The notes under the pieces were generated by a model. It searched no databases. It worked only from the letters and a program-made list of their open reading frames with translations, and was not told the DNA's origin. Below, piece by piece: positions 1 through 9,886 of a stretch of 64,000 nt of DNA. The stretch spans positions 32,001 through 96,000 of the forward strand of contig JAXMNT010000009.1 in the NCBI GenBank assembly GCA_034670305.1. The letters run 5' to 3'. Within the stretch, counting starts at the first letter, position 1; each line of letters starts with the position of its first letter. Source of the DNA: Deltaproteobacteria bacterium. Lineage in GTDB: Bacteria; Myxococcota_A; Polyangia; Polyangiales; Houyiibacteriaceae. The position numbers and the translations under genes are program-made.

Positions 1-1
1 C

Positions 2-970
2 CGACTCGCGCTCACCGGCACGCCGATCGAGAACCGGCTCTCCGAACTCTGGAGCATCTTCGACTTCGTCTCGCCCGGACTGCTCGGCGACCTGAAGCGC
101 TTCGAGGAGAACATCGCGCGCCCGATCGACCGAGGCGACGAAGAGACCGCGATGCGGCTGCGCAACACGATCAAACCGTTCGTGCTTCGCCGGCTCAAAG
201 TGGATGTCGCCGACGACCTGCCGGAGAAGATCGAGCAGGAGATCGTCGTGCCGATGGAGGATGCCCAGGCGGCGCTCTACAAGCAGGTGCTCGCCGAAGT
301 GCGCAAGAGCCTCCTGAGCGAGGTCGAGAAGAAGGGCGTCGGCAAGAGCCAGATCCAGATCCTCGCTGCCCTCACTCGGCTCCGACAAGTCGCGTGCGAC
401 CCGCGGCTGATGAAGCTGGAGCTCGCGGGCAAACAAGCCACCGAGTTCACGGACGAGGACTCCGGAAAGCTCGGGGCGCTGCGAGAGATCCTCGGCAACG
501 CCGTCAGCGGCGGCCACCGCGTGCTCGTGTTCAGCCAGTTCGTGACGATGCTCGGCCACATCCGCCGCGCGCTCGAAGAGGACGGCATCACCTACGAGTA
601 CCTCGACGGATCGACCAAGGACCGAATGGAACGCGTCGAGCGGTTCAACGACGACGACTCGATCGGCGTCTTCTTGATCTCGCTCAAGGCAGGCGGCACA
701 GGCCTGAACCTGGTCGGCGCCGACACGGTCGTGCACTTCGACCCGTGGTGGAACCCGGCCGTCGAAGACCAGGCCACCGACCGCGCGCACCGCATCGGCC
801 AGACCCGCTCGGTCAACGTGTACCGGCTCATCGCCAAGGGCAGCGTCGAGGAGAAGATCCTCACCCTCAGCGCGAAGAAGCGCGCGCTCATGGAGAACGT
901 GCTCTCCACCGAGGGCAGCCCGCTCAAGGGCCTGACCAAGAAGGACGTCGACGCACTCTTCAGCGAGTGA
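2..970 (+). CDS. SNF2/SWI2-family helicase, C-terminal part (5'-truncated by the window)
   Basis: Frame open from nt 2: RLALTGTPIENRLSELWSIFDF; also VLVFSQF, LISLKAGGTGLNL, DPWWNPAVEDQATDRAHRIGQ. Confidence 0.95.
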   Translation, partial: RLALTGTPIENRLSELWSIFDFVSPGLLGDLKRFEENIARPIDRGDEETAMRLRNTIKPFVLRRLKVDVADDLPEKIEQEIVVPMEDAQAALYKQVLAEVRKSLLSEVEKKGVGKSQIQILAALTRLRQVACDPRLMKLELAGKQATEFTDEDSGKLGALREILGNAVSGGHRVLVFSQFVTMLGHIRRALEEDGITYEYLDGSTKDRMERVERFNDDDSIGVFLISLKAGGTGLNLVGADTVVHFDPWWNPAVEDQATDRAHRIGQTRSVNVYRLIAKGSVEEKILTLSAKKRALMENVLSTEGSPLKGLTKKDVDALFSE

Positions 971-1145
971 GTCGGCCCTCTCCCGCCGCCCCCACGGGCG
1001 GCTCCGCGGGTGCTCGATCCAGCCCGTGTTCGTCCGCGCGCAGGCGCAGAACGACTCGCGTGAACTCCCGAGATGCGCTCTACTCCTGCCGTTCGTTCCC
1101 TGACCCAGACTTGCGGCTCCGCCGCACCGCTCCAGGAATCTACCC

Positions 1146-2171
1146 GTGACACACACCATCGTTCTCATCCCCGGCGACGGCATCGGACCCGAAGTTGCGA
1201 CCGCGGTTCAGCGCATCTTCGAAGCGGCCGGCGCGCCGATCGCGTGGGAGGAACACCACGCGGGCGTCGCTGCGCTCGCGGCCAGTGGAGAGGTGCTGCC
1301 GGAGGCGACCCTCGAGGCGTGCCGGACCCACGGCGTCACCCTCAAGGGGCCGTGCACGACGCCGGTCGGCAAAGGGTTCCGGTCGGTCAACGTCGAACTC
1401 CGCAAGCGGCTCGAGCTGTACGCGGCGGTCCGGCCGGTGCGCAGCCTCAAGGGCGTGGAGACGCGCTACGAGGACGTCGACATCGTGGTCCTGCGGGAGA
1501 ACACCGAGGGGCTCTACAGCGGCATCGAGAACGAGGTCACGCCGGGCGTCGTAACCAGTCTGAAGGTCGTGACGGAGCGCGCCGTCCGCCGGTTCGCCAA
1601 GTGGGGTTTTGCGTACTGCCGCGAGCGCGGCCGCAAGAAGCTCACCGCCATGCACAAAGCGAACATCATGAAACTCGGCGACGGGCTCTTCGTGCGCATC
1701 GTGCGCGAGGTGCGCGAGCAGGGCGGCTACGACGACATCGAGTACGAAGAGTTGATCATCGACGCGGGCGCCATGCGCCTGGTGCAAGAACCGAAGAACT
1801 TCGACGTGCTCTTGCTCCAGAACCTCTACGGCGACGTCTTCAGTGATCTGTGTGCCGGGTTCATCGGCGGACTCGGCGTCGCGCCCGGTGCCAACATCGG
1901 CGACGACTACGCGATCTTCGAAGCGGTCCATGGCTCTGCGCCGGACATCGCGGGCAAGGGCATCGCCAACCCGCTCTCCCTCCTGATGAGCAGCGTGATG
2001 ATGTTGAACCACTTGGCGGTCGCCAAGAACGACCCGGCCTGCACGAAGGCGGCCGAACGCATCAAGGGCGCCTACGACCGCGCGCTTCAGGATGGACAGA
2101 AGACCGGAGACATCGGTGGATCGTTGAACACGGATGGCTTCGTGCGCGCGGTCATCGAACGCCTCGGGTAG
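1146..2171 (+). CDS. Isocitrate/isopropylmalate dehydrogenase family (NAD-IDH-like)
   Basis: IPGDGIGPEV, RENTEGLY, HKANIMK, NLYGDVFSDL, FEAVHGSAPDIAGKGIANP. Confidence 0.93.
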   Translation: MTHTIVLIPGDGIGPEVATAVQRIFEAAGAPIAWEEHHAGVAALAASGEVLPEATLEACRTHGVTLKGPCTTPVGKGFRSVNVELRKRLELYAAVRPVRSLKGVETRYEDVDIVVLRENTEGLYSGIENEVTPGVVTSLKVVTERAVRRFAKWGFAYCRERGRKKLTAMHKANIMKLGDGLFVRIVREVREQGGYDDIEYEELIIDAGAMRLVQEPKNFDVLLLQNLYGDVFSDLCAGFIGGLGVAPGANIGDDYAIFEAVHGSAPDIAGKGIANPLSLLMSSVMMLNHLAVAKNDPACTKAAERIKGAYDRALQDGQKTGDIGGSLNTDGFVRAVIERLG

Positions 2172-2174
2172 CGC

Positions 2175-3080
2175 ATGGATCCGACCAAAGAAGGCGGCGC
2201 CGCAGAGGATCGCGTGTTGCGGGCGATGACCGACGACGGCGCGCTCCGCATCATGGTCGCGCGCACCACCGACACCGCCCAGGGGGCGATTCGTGCGCAG
2301 GGCGTCGAAGGAGATCTCGCCAGCGAGCTCGGACAGATGGTCACCGCGGCGGTGCTCTTCCGCGAGACGATGGCACCCAACCTTCGGGTGCAGGGCGTGG
2401 TGCGCGGGCTCGCCGACAGTGGACAGATCATCGCCGACTCGCATCCGGATGGGTCGGCGCGTGGACTGGTTCAGCGCAAACCAGGTGCACCACCCTTCGT
2501 GCTCGGACGCGGCGCGTTGATGCAGATGATGCGTTCGTTGCCCAACGGCGAGATGCAGCAGGGCGTGGTGGAGCTCTCGGACGGTGGCACCATCAGCCTG
2601 GGGCTCATGAACTACATGCAGCTCTCGGAACAGACCGTCACGATGGCCCGCGTGGCCTGCGTGATGGGCAAGGGTGAGGTGAAGGACGAAGTCGTCGCCG
2701 CGGGCGGCTACCTCGTTCAGCTGTTGCCCGAAGCCCCCGACCGGGAAGCGGCCGTCCTCGAGATGGCGAACCGGCTGGAGGGCGAGTTCGAGTCCATCGA
2801 AACGCGGCTCGCAGAGAGCGACGCGGATCCCCACGCGCTGCTCGCCGCCATCTTCCAAGGCATGAAGCACACCCACCTCGGCGAGTCTGAGGTCCGGTTC
2901 GCCTGCGAATGCAGCCGGATCCGCGTGCTGACCAGCTTGGCGTCGCTCGGGCGGGGCGATCTCGAGAGCCTGCTCGCCGAAGCGAAACTCGAACCGCTCG
3001 AGATGGGCTGCGACTGGTGCGGCAACCAGTATCGGGTCGATCGGCGCGACCTGGAGAAACTGCTCGAGGCACCGAGTTGA
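2175..3080 (+). CDS. hslO: Hsp33 redox-regulated chaperone
   Basis: YMQLSEQ, AAGGYLVQLLP and C-terminal zinc motifs CECS...CDWC. Confidence 0.9.
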   Translation: MDPTKEGGAAEDRVLRAMTDDGALRIMVARTTDTAQGAIRAQGVEGDLASELGQMVTAAVLFRETMAPNLRVQGVVRGLADSGQIIADSHPDGSARGLVQRKPGAPPFVLGRGALMQMMRSLPNGEMQQGVVELSDGGTISLGLMNYMQLSEQTVTMARVACVMGKGEVKDEVVAAGGYLVQLLPEAPDREAAVLEMANRLEGEFESIETRLAESDADPHALLAAIFQGMKHTHLGESEVRFACECSRIRVLTSLASLGRGDLESLLAEAKLEPLEMGCDWCGNQYRVDRRDLEKLLEAPS

Positions 3081-4165
3081 ACCGGTTCTGCGTCACGATC
3101 GGTTGGGTCGCGATGGGCTCCATGGTTCTCGTGGCATGCGGCGAGCCGGAGGTGGTCGCGCCATCGGAGGTCGCGACCGAGGGCGTCAGCTCGGGCGAAG
3201 AGTTGGAGACGCCGACGGACGATCCCCGCGTACTCGCCGGCGGCACCTTCGCGGATCTCGTCTCGGCGGCCCGCGCGCTCGATGGCCGCAGCGACGCCCG
3301 CACCTACGGTTGTCTGCTTCGTCCGCCGATGGCGGGCCGCGGATGGGTGCTCGAAGGCGAGGTCGCGGTGTCGGTCCGCCCGCTCCCGGAACCGCCCATT
3401 TCGGTGACCGCGGGCCTCGACACCCGCGGGTCTTCGGTGCGTGGCCTCAGTCGATGGGGACAGCGTGGTTCCGGCCAGCTGACCCTGCTGGCCTTCACCC
3501 CGACGCCGCCCACCCGCGGTCTCGAGGCAGTGGTCTTCGTGGCGGCCGAGGGCACCCGCATTCGACTCATCGGACAGGACGTGTCCGCCGAGTACGCCCG
3601 CGCCGTTCCGAACGACCAGGTGGGGGCGGCGCTGGGGGCGCTCCAGGTGCGCTCGGCGTGGGTGACGGCGGACGCGGGCATGGCGCTCTCGGAAGTCGCG
3701 GAGTTGCTTCGCACCGTCCACGTGCCGGTCGCCTTCGCGGTTCCGCTGCCCGACGGAGTGACGCTCCCGCCGGCGCCCACGACGACCGCGGCGACGGACC
3801 TGTGCCCCGATGGTCTGACCCCGCCTGCGGGGGAGGCCGCGATCCCGGTCGCGGATGTGGTCGAGGCGTTGCAACCGTTTCGCGATTCAGCGGGCGAGTG
3901 CTTGGCCGCCGGTTCGGTCGAGAGCGCGGCCGGAGGACGCATCGAGGTCTCGTTTCACGTCGGACCGGACGGCGCGGTGAGCCAGGCGTGTGCGATGGCG
4001 GACGCGACTGGGAGCGAGCCGGTGCGTGCGTGCGTCCTGGAGGCGCTGCGTTCGGTGCGCTTTCCCGCACCCGACCCGGCCGGGACCGTGGCGTTCGCGC
4101 TTCCGGTCCAGCTCGCCCCCGCCAACGATCCCGCGCCGCATCCCCTCTGCGCGGACGATGAATAG
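3077..4165 (+). CDS. Lipoprotein with C-terminal AgmX/PglI (TonB-C-like) domain
   Basis: TTG start overlaps the hslO stop; lipobox VLVAC; C-terminal GRIEVSFHVGPDGAV...CVLEALRSVRFPAP. Confidence 0.7.
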   Translation: MNRFCVTIGWVAMGSMVLVACGEPEVVAPSEVATEGVSSGEELETPTDDPRVLAGGTFADLVSAARALDGRSDARTYGCLLRPPMAGRGWVLEGEVAVSVRPLPEPPISVTAGLDTRGSSVRGLSRWGQRGSGQLTLLAFTPTPPTRGLEAVVFVAAEGTRIRLIGQDVSAEYARAVPNDQVGAALGALQVRSAWVTADAGMALSEVAELLRTVHVPVAFAVPLPDGVTLPPAPTTTAATDLCPDGLTPPAGEAAIPVADVVEALQPFRDSAGECLAAGSVESAAGGRIEVSFHVGPDGAVSQACAMADATGSEPVRACVLEALRSVRFPAPDPAGTVAFALPVQLAPANDPAPHPLCADDE

Positions 4166-4274
4166 ACCCATCCGGCGCCCGTCGGTACCTCGTGGCCCAC
4201 TTCGCGTGTGGCGTAGTGACAGCAAACAACTGGGGAATTTGACGCGCCCCGTGGACCGGGTGGAAGGTGCTCCC

Positions 4275-4790
4275 ATGAGAACGACACGAGACAGTCGGGC
4301 CAGCGCCCCCCTTCGACCGGTGACGTTTTCGGCCCGGGTGTTGTTCTCTCTGCTGGCGGTGGTGCTCGCGGCCCCGTTCGGCACCGGCAACATCGGTCAC
4401 GCCCAGCGGCGCGCCACCGAGCAGAGCATCCTTGGACCGGGGCTCTACGTCTTTCAGACGCGCATCACGGCGGCCACGTGCGGCGATGCGGAACGCACCG
4501 GATACGTGAACTCGTACTTCGCCGCCATCGATGGGATCCCGGCTTCCACCGAGATGCACATGAACTTGCTGAACTCTTCGTTCTGGCCGCGCTGGGAGCT
4601 CCAGGTCCGCGGCCAGGTGATTCGCGGCAGCGCCAGTCAGCCCCGCGTCAACGGCCAACAGCGTTTCGAACTGCGGGTGAGTGGCGAACGTTTCACCGGC
4701 ACCGGCACGCGCAGCTACGACATGCAGCACGAAGGCCGCACCCGCCGCTGCGAAGTCACTTACGACGCCCTCTTGAGCAAGTTGGATTGA
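4275..4790 (+). CDS. Hypothetical secreted beta-rich protein
   Basis: SD-like GGAAGG before ATG; hydrophobic signal VLFSLLAVVLAA; two Cys. Confidence 0.65.
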   Translation: MRTTRDSRASAPLRPVTFSARVLFSLLAVVLAAPFGTGNIGHAQRRATEQSILGPGLYVFQTRITAATCGDAERTGYVNSYFAAIDGIPASTEMHMNLLNSSFWPRWELQVRGQVIRGSASQPRVNGQQRFELRVSGERFTGTGTRSYDMQHEGRTRRCEVTYDALLSKLD

Positions 4791-4859
4791 GAGCGCGCAC
4801 TTCGCGAGACCTGACCTCTGGGGTTGCGTCGCAGGTGTGGATGGTGGGATCTTCTGTCC

Positions 4860-6440
4860 GTGGTCCGTCGCCGTTCTTCGTTTCCGCCGCTCCGCGCGCC
4901 GGCGCCGCCGTCGCATGAAGCGCTCGCGGCGGAAGTCGATCAGTTCCAGGCGTTGCAACACACGCTGCTGGAGCGTTGGCAGCACCTGACCGACATCGAC
5001 GAGCAGCCGAAGGACGTGGTCATCATCCCGTCGCTCAGTCTCGACGGTCTCCCGATGGCCAACATCCCAGGGATCACCCACTACGAAGAGCGCATGTTGT
5101 TCACGCTCTCGCTCTTGCGGCATCCGAGGGCGCACCTGGTCTACGTGACGTCCCAGCCGCTGCACCCAGCAACGATCGACTACCACCTGTCGCTCCTGCA
5201 GGGGATCCCGACGGCCCACGCGCGCGAGCGGCTGACGTTGCTCGCGACCTACGATGGTTCGCCCCGCACGCTCACCGAGAAGATCCTCGAGCGCCCGCGC
5301 CTGCTCGAACGCATTCGCCGCGCCATCGATCCCGGCAACGCGCACATGACCTGTTTCACGGTGTCGCGCCTCGAGCGCACTCTGGCGGTGAAGCTCGGCA
5401 TTCCGCTCTACGGCATCGATCCTTCGATGCTCCGGCATGGCACCAAGAGCGGTTCCAGGCGCGTGTTCGCCCAGGCGGGGATCTCCTTTCCGCCCGGCGT
5501 GGAAGACGTGCACGACGAACAGGACGTCGTGCGCGCCGTCGGCGAACTCTGGGAGCGCGACCCGGCGCTGGAGCGCGTGGTCGTGAAACACGATCAGGGG
5601 TTCAGCGGCGAAGGCAACGCGGTGCTCGACTTGAGACCCCTGGCCGGCGTGAAACCGTCCGGCGCGGGTGGAACCTCAACGCGGCGCGCGCGCATCACCG
5701 ATGCCCTTCGCGACATGCGGATGACGGGCAGTTTTCCGACCTGGGCAGCGTTTGGCGGCGAGCTCGTGCGCATGGGCGGCGTGGTCGAAGCGTTCGTCGA
5801 GGGTGCGACCAAACGTTCGCCGAGCGGCCAGCTTCGCATCACGCCACTCGGTGAACTCGAATGTGTCTCGACCCACGACCAGCTGGTCGGTGGGCCGGAC
5901 AACCAGACGTACGAGGGGTGCCTCTTTCCGGCCGACGAGGCGTACCGGCTCGATGTGCAGGCGGACGCGCTGAAGGTCGGCTCGGTCCTCAAAGGGTACG
6001 GGGTGATCGGCCGCGCGGCGGTGGACTTCGTGGCGGTGCGCGGTGAGGACGGGACGTGGTCTCGTCAGGCCATCGAGATCAACCTGCGCATGAGCGGCAC
6101 CACCCACCCCCTCATGATCATGCAGATGCTCAACGGTGGATCCTACGACAGCGGGACGGGGCTCTACTTCACGGGGCGGGGCGAGGCGCGCTCCTACGTC
6201 GCGACCGACTCGCTCTATGCGCCGCAGTACCGCGGCCTGCTCGTCGAAGACCTGCTCGACATCGCCGCGGTGCACCAGCTCCACTACCGCGCGTGGACCG
6301 ACACGGGCGTCGTATTCCATCTGACCGGGGCGCTCAGCGAGTTCGGCAAACTTGGCGTGATGGCGATCGGCAAGACGGCCCGCGAAGCGAGCGCGCTCTT
6401 CGAGCAGACCAAAGCGTGTCTCGACACCGAGACCGCGTAG
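4860..6440 (+). CDS. PGM1-related ATP-grasp peptide ligase (start uncertain)
   Basis: VVIIPSLSLD, HYEERMLF, VVKHDQGFSGEGNA, SPSGQLRI, STHDQL, IEINLRMSGTTHP. Confidence 0.8.
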   Translation: MVRRRSSFPPLRAPAPPSHEALAAEVDQFQALQHTLLERWQHLTDIDEQPKDVVIIPSLSLDGLPMANIPGITHYEERMLFTLSLLRHPRAHLVYVTSQPLHPATIDYHLSLLQGIPTAHARERLTLLATYDGSPRTLTEKILERPRLLERIRRAIDPGNAHMTCFTVSRLERTLAVKLGIPLYGIDPSMLRHGTKSGSRRVFAQAGISFPPGVEDVHDEQDVVRAVGELWERDPALERVVVKHDQGFSGEGNAVLDLRPLAGVKPSGAGGTSTRRARITDALRDMRMTGSFPTWAAFGGELVRMGGVVEAFVEGATKRSPSGQLRITPLGELECVSTHDQLVGGPDNQTYEGCLFPADEAYRLDVQADALKVGSVLKGYGVIGRAAVDFVAVRGEDGTWSRQAIEINLRMSGTTHPLMIMQMLNGGSYDSGTGLYFTGRGEARSYVATDSLYAPQYRGLLVEDLLDIAAVHQLHYRAWTDTGVVFHLTGALSEFGKLGVMAIGKTAREASALFEQTKACLDTETA

Positions 6441-6447
6441 CTCGACC

Positions 6448-7005
6448 TTGGCCGGCATCGCGAACGTCATCGGGTTCGACGACGGTCCCTTCGACCGAGA
6501 GGGCACCGAGGTGCCGCTCCTCGGCGCGGTGTACGCGCGGGACCGACTCGACGGAGTGGTGACCGGGTCGTGTACGCGAGACGGCGACGACGGAACGCAC
6601 GCGGTGGCGGAGCTCATTCGGACGTCGCGTTTCGACGACCACGTTCAGTGCGTGATGATCCAGGGCATCACCGTCGGCGGGTTCAACGTGCTCGACGTCG
6701 CAGGTCTCGCCGCGACGCTGAACCGCCCGGTCGTCATCGTCGTGCGGAAGCAGCCGCGCTTCGAGCGGATCCGTCACGCGCTCCACAACGTGCCCGGCGG
6801 AGAAACCAAGTGGGCCCTCATCGAAGCGGCCGGGCCGCCCCAGGCGTGCGGCGACGTCTGGATCCAGACAGCCGGCATCGAGCTCGAGTGGGCGGTCGAG
6901 ACGGTGGCGTTGCACACGCGCTTCGGCGCGTTCCCCGAGCCGCTCCGGGTCGCCCACCTGCTCGCAGCGGCCTACGCCACCGGCCACAGCCACGGTTCGG
7001 CGTAG
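6448..7005 (+). CDS. DUF99 family (endonuclease V-like) protein
   Basis: VIGFDDGPF, DGDDGT, GITVGGFNVLD, PEPLRVAHL. Confidence 0.85.
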   Translation: MAGIANVIGFDDGPFDREGTEVPLLGAVYARDRLDGVVTGSCTRDGDDGTHAVAELIRTSRFDDHVQCVMIQGITVGGFNVLDVAGLAATLNRPVVIVVRKQPRFERIRHALHNVPGGETKWALIEAAGPPQACGDVWIQTAGIELEWAVETVALHTRFGAFPEPLRVAHLLAAAYATGHSHGSA

Positions 7006-7033
7006 CGACGAGCACAGTGCTCCGATCGACGCG

Positions 7034-8911
7034 TCAGCCGGCCGAGGACACCAAGGCACCAAGCGCTTGAGCGCTCACCTGGTCGCCATCGAGCCATGGG
7101 CAGACGAGGCCCCGCGCTCCGGCAGCCAGGGCCGCGCGCGCCAGCATCATGGCTTCTTGCGGCTCGCCAACCGAGAGGTCCACGAGCACGGGGGCCTGCG
7201 TGCGAGCGCACAGCGTTGGCAACGAAGCGAGATCCAGCGAGCGGCGGCCGAGGACGCGCACCCCGCCGTCGAGCAGAAGCACGCGTGCGTTGCCGCTGCG
7301 CCGAATGAGGTCGGCGGCTTCGAGCCACTCTTCGAGCGTCGCGGTGCTCGCTCGTGTCAGTGCGACTGCGCAATCGATGCGGCCGAGTTCCTCGAGGAGC
7401 GAACGCTGGGTGGCGTGGTGGGTGTCGACGACCAAGAGATCCGCGCGCAGCGCCCGGCTGGCGGCGTCGGCGGCGCGGTCGATGCCGACGGCCAACGGGA
7501 TGCCGGCTTCTCCCGCCGCGCGTGCCAGTCGGTCGAGCATCGACTCGGAGTCTCGGCGGTCGTCGAGGTCGAGGTGCGCGGCGTAGAACACTGCGGCCCC
7601 AGCGCCCTTGGCATCGCGTGCCGCCTGCGCGAGGTCCCCCGAGTCGCGCGGTCCGGCCATCAACGCGGGCGCACCGAATGCGAAAGCGCCGATGCGGATG
7701 CTCTCGCCTGTCGCAGCGGTGTGGACCGGCGCCGTCGGTTTCGGGGCGGACGCGCGTGGTTCGGCGGGGCGTGCTTCGTCGATCGTGCGCGCGGGGTAGC
7801 AGCCGAGCACCCGCAACCAGCTGGTCTCGCCGGTCAGCGCGTCGAGCGCGGACTTCGTCGCGTCGTCGTCCCGGTTGCCTTCGAAGTCGAGGTAGAAGTG
7901 GTACTCCCACGGCGTGTTCGGTCGCGGGCGCGACTCGAGCTTCGTCAGGTTCAGATCATGCGCCGCGAGGATCGCGATGCCGCGCGCGAGCGCACCTTTC
8001 TCATGTTTGGTCGCGAAGACCACCGAGGTCTTGCACGGGATCCGAGTGTCGAACGAACGCGGCTCCCGCGCCACGACCACCATGCGGGTGTAGTTCTCGC
8101 GCTGGTCTTGCACGCCGCGCCGGAGGACCGGCAGTCCGTGCAGGCGCGCGGCTTCTTCGCTGGCGATGGCGGCTTGGGAGAGGTCGCCGTCCGCTTTGAC
8201 TTTGGCGACCGCGAGCGCGGTGTCCTCGTAGGCGACTGCCTGCGCATCCAGTCCACGCAAGAGCTCCCGGCACTGGGCGAGCGCGACGGGGTGGGAGAAC
8301 ACCCGGCGGATGGAACTGAGCGGCACGTCCTCGAGCGCGATGAGGCAGTGCTCGACCCGCTGCGCTTCTTCGCCGACCAGGTGCAGGTCCATCTCGGCGA
8401 GCAGGTCGTAGCTCTCGTTGATCGAACCGGCAGTCGTGTTCTCAATCGGCAGGATCGCTTCGTCGATCGATTCGTCCCGCACCGCTTCGAGCATCGCGCG
8501 AAAACCGGAGTAGCCGATGAACTCGACCACGCCGCGCGCGGCGAAGTGGCGCTGCGCGCACAGGTGGGAGTACGCGCCTTCACCGCCCTGAAAGCCGACC
8601 CGCAGCCGCTCGGTGCCCGGTTCGCGTCCGCCGAGCAGCTCGTGCTGCACCCGGAGTGAGTGGTCGAGCACTTCGCGGAAGACCCGGGTGACGAAGAAGG
8701 GCTCGAGGCCGCGTTCGCGTCCGAGCGCGACGAGTTTGCCGAGCAGCGCCTCTTCGCGCGCGGCGTCGCGCACCACGCTTCCGCCCGACCGTTTGCGGCG
8801 GGCGACATCGGTGACGAGCTCGACCCGCTCGGCCAAGGCATCGATCAGGGTGCGGTCGACTCGGTCGAGCGCGGCGCGAACCTCGGCGAGGTCGTGTGTG
8901 GGCTTGCTCAC
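7034..8911 (-). CDS. pheA: Chorismate mutase-prephenate dehydratase-ACT fused to a degenerate DAHP-synthase barrel
   Basis: AroQ-like N-terminus (RAALDRVD...RDAARE); PDT motifs FQGGEGAYS, PIENTTAGS, SHPVALAQC, NYTR; ACT LTKLESRP; C-terminal ~220 aa resembles type I-beta DAHPS. Confidence 0.85.
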   Translation of the reverse strand: MSKPTHDLAEVRAALDRVDRTLIDALAERVELVTDVARRKRSGGSVVRDAAREEALLGKLVALGRERGLEPFFVTRVFREVLDHSLRVQHELLGGREPGTERLRVGFQGGEGAYSHLCAQRHFAARGVVEFIGYSGFRAMLEAVRDESIDEAILPIENTTAGSINESYDLLAEMDLHLVGEEAQRVEHCLIALEDVPLSSIRRVFSHPVALAQCRELLRGLDAQAVAYEDTALAVAKVKADGDLSQAAIASEEAARLHGLPVLRRGVQDQRENYTRMVVVAREPRSFDTRIPCKTSVVFATKHEKGALARGIAILAAHDLNLTKLESRPRPNTPWEYHFYLDFEGNRDDDATKSALDALTGETSWLRVLGCYPARTIDEARPAEPRASAPKPTAPVHTAATGESIRIGAFAFGAPALMAGPRDSGDLAQAARDAKGAGAAVFYAAHLDLDDRRDSESMLDRLARAAGEAGIPLAVGIDRAADAASRALRADLLVVDTHHATQRSLLEELGRIDCAVALTRASTATLEEWLEAADLIRRSGNARVLLLDGGVRVLGRRSLDLASLPTLCARTQAPVLVDLSVGEPQEAMMLARAALAAGARGLVCPWLDGDQVSAQALGALVSSAG

Positions 8912-9014
8912 ATCGCGGGTCTAGCACCGATCGCCGCCGGGGCACGACGCCGTCCAGGCGGGTGCGGTCGCACCGTCCTATCAGAAGCACCCGTGATTCG
9001 AGTATGTTGGCACC

Positions 9015-9869
9015 ATGAGCGACGTAGGAAAGATCACGGAGATCGAACCCGAAGATGGCCTCGGCTGGATCGAGATGCCCGACGGCGCCCGGGTGCGGTT
9101 CGGTGGGACCGCCTGCAAGGGGTTCGTGCCGACCATCGGCATGAGCGTCCAGGTGCTGGGCACCAAAGCCGGGTACGGCGGCACCGTCAAAGCCACGGAG
9201 CTCAAAGAGGTTCGGACCGGCGGTGCGCTTGGCATGCAACCGGTGAAGAAGGCCGGCGCGCCCCGGACGAGTTTGCACACCGTGCAATCGAGCGGCGTCC
9301 GGGCGGACGATGTGTTGCTGCAATTGCTCGGGCTCGCGGACGTGAGCGACCCGGTGCACGCGGATCTCAAGGCGCTCAACTTCTCCGTCGCGACGGGCGC
9401 GTCGATCGCGTGCAAGAACCCATGGTTCTTCCTCATCGCCGTCGATCCGCGCGGCACCGCCTACGGCCTCTACACCCACCCGATGGTCGCCGAACATCCG
9501 CAGGCGCCGTGGGTTGCGTGGGACAAGTCCACCGACCACGTCCGCTCGCTCGCGCCGCACACCAGCGCACTTCTTCAAGGGCTGCTCCTCGGCAGCTCCG
9601 ATGTGGTGCTCAGCGCACGCGCAAAGGAGACGTTCTTGAAGCTCGGCATGCCGGACGAACCCGGCGCCGCACTTCAGCCAGGACCCGCCGCGTGGCTTCC
9701 GCCCGAGGACGACACGCTGCGCCCGCTCGCCGAGTACCTGGGCGAGTCCGACGGAGCCGAGATGGAGCGTGGGCTGCTCGCCTACGCGTCGCGCAAAGCC
9801 AGCCAAGAAGCACAGGACGCGCTCCAGGGTCTGTACGACGCTTGGGAGTGGGTCCCGCCGAAGCGCTGA
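9015..9869 (+). CDS. Hypothetical protein with N-terminal cold-shock/OB-like domain
   Basis: VGKITEIEPEDGLGWIEMPDGARVRF resembles CSD strands; typical high-GC3 codon usage. Confidence 0.65.
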   Translation: MSDVGKITEIEPEDGLGWIEMPDGARVRFGGTACKGFVPTIGMSVQVLGTKAGYGGTVKATELKEVRTGGALGMQPVKKAGAPRTSLHTVQSSGVRADDVLLQLLGLADVSDPVHADLKALNFSVATGASIACKNPWFFLIAVDPRGTAYGLYTHPMVAEHPQAPWVAWDKSTDHVRSLAPHTSALLQGLLLGSSDVVLSARAKETFLKLGMPDEPGAALQPGPAAWLPPEDDTLRPLAEYLGESDGAEMERGLLAYASRKASQEAQDALQGLYDAWEWVPPKR

Positions 9870-9886
9870 GCGGCTGCGCCGCAGAG

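Noticed and set aside
2-970. SNF2 helicase as part of a defence island
   Set aside because: Downstream neighbours are housekeeping genes; upstream context is outside the window
985-1002. GCCGCCC-CCAC-GGGCGGC hairpin after the helicase
   Set aside because: No U-tract; such stems are common at this GC content
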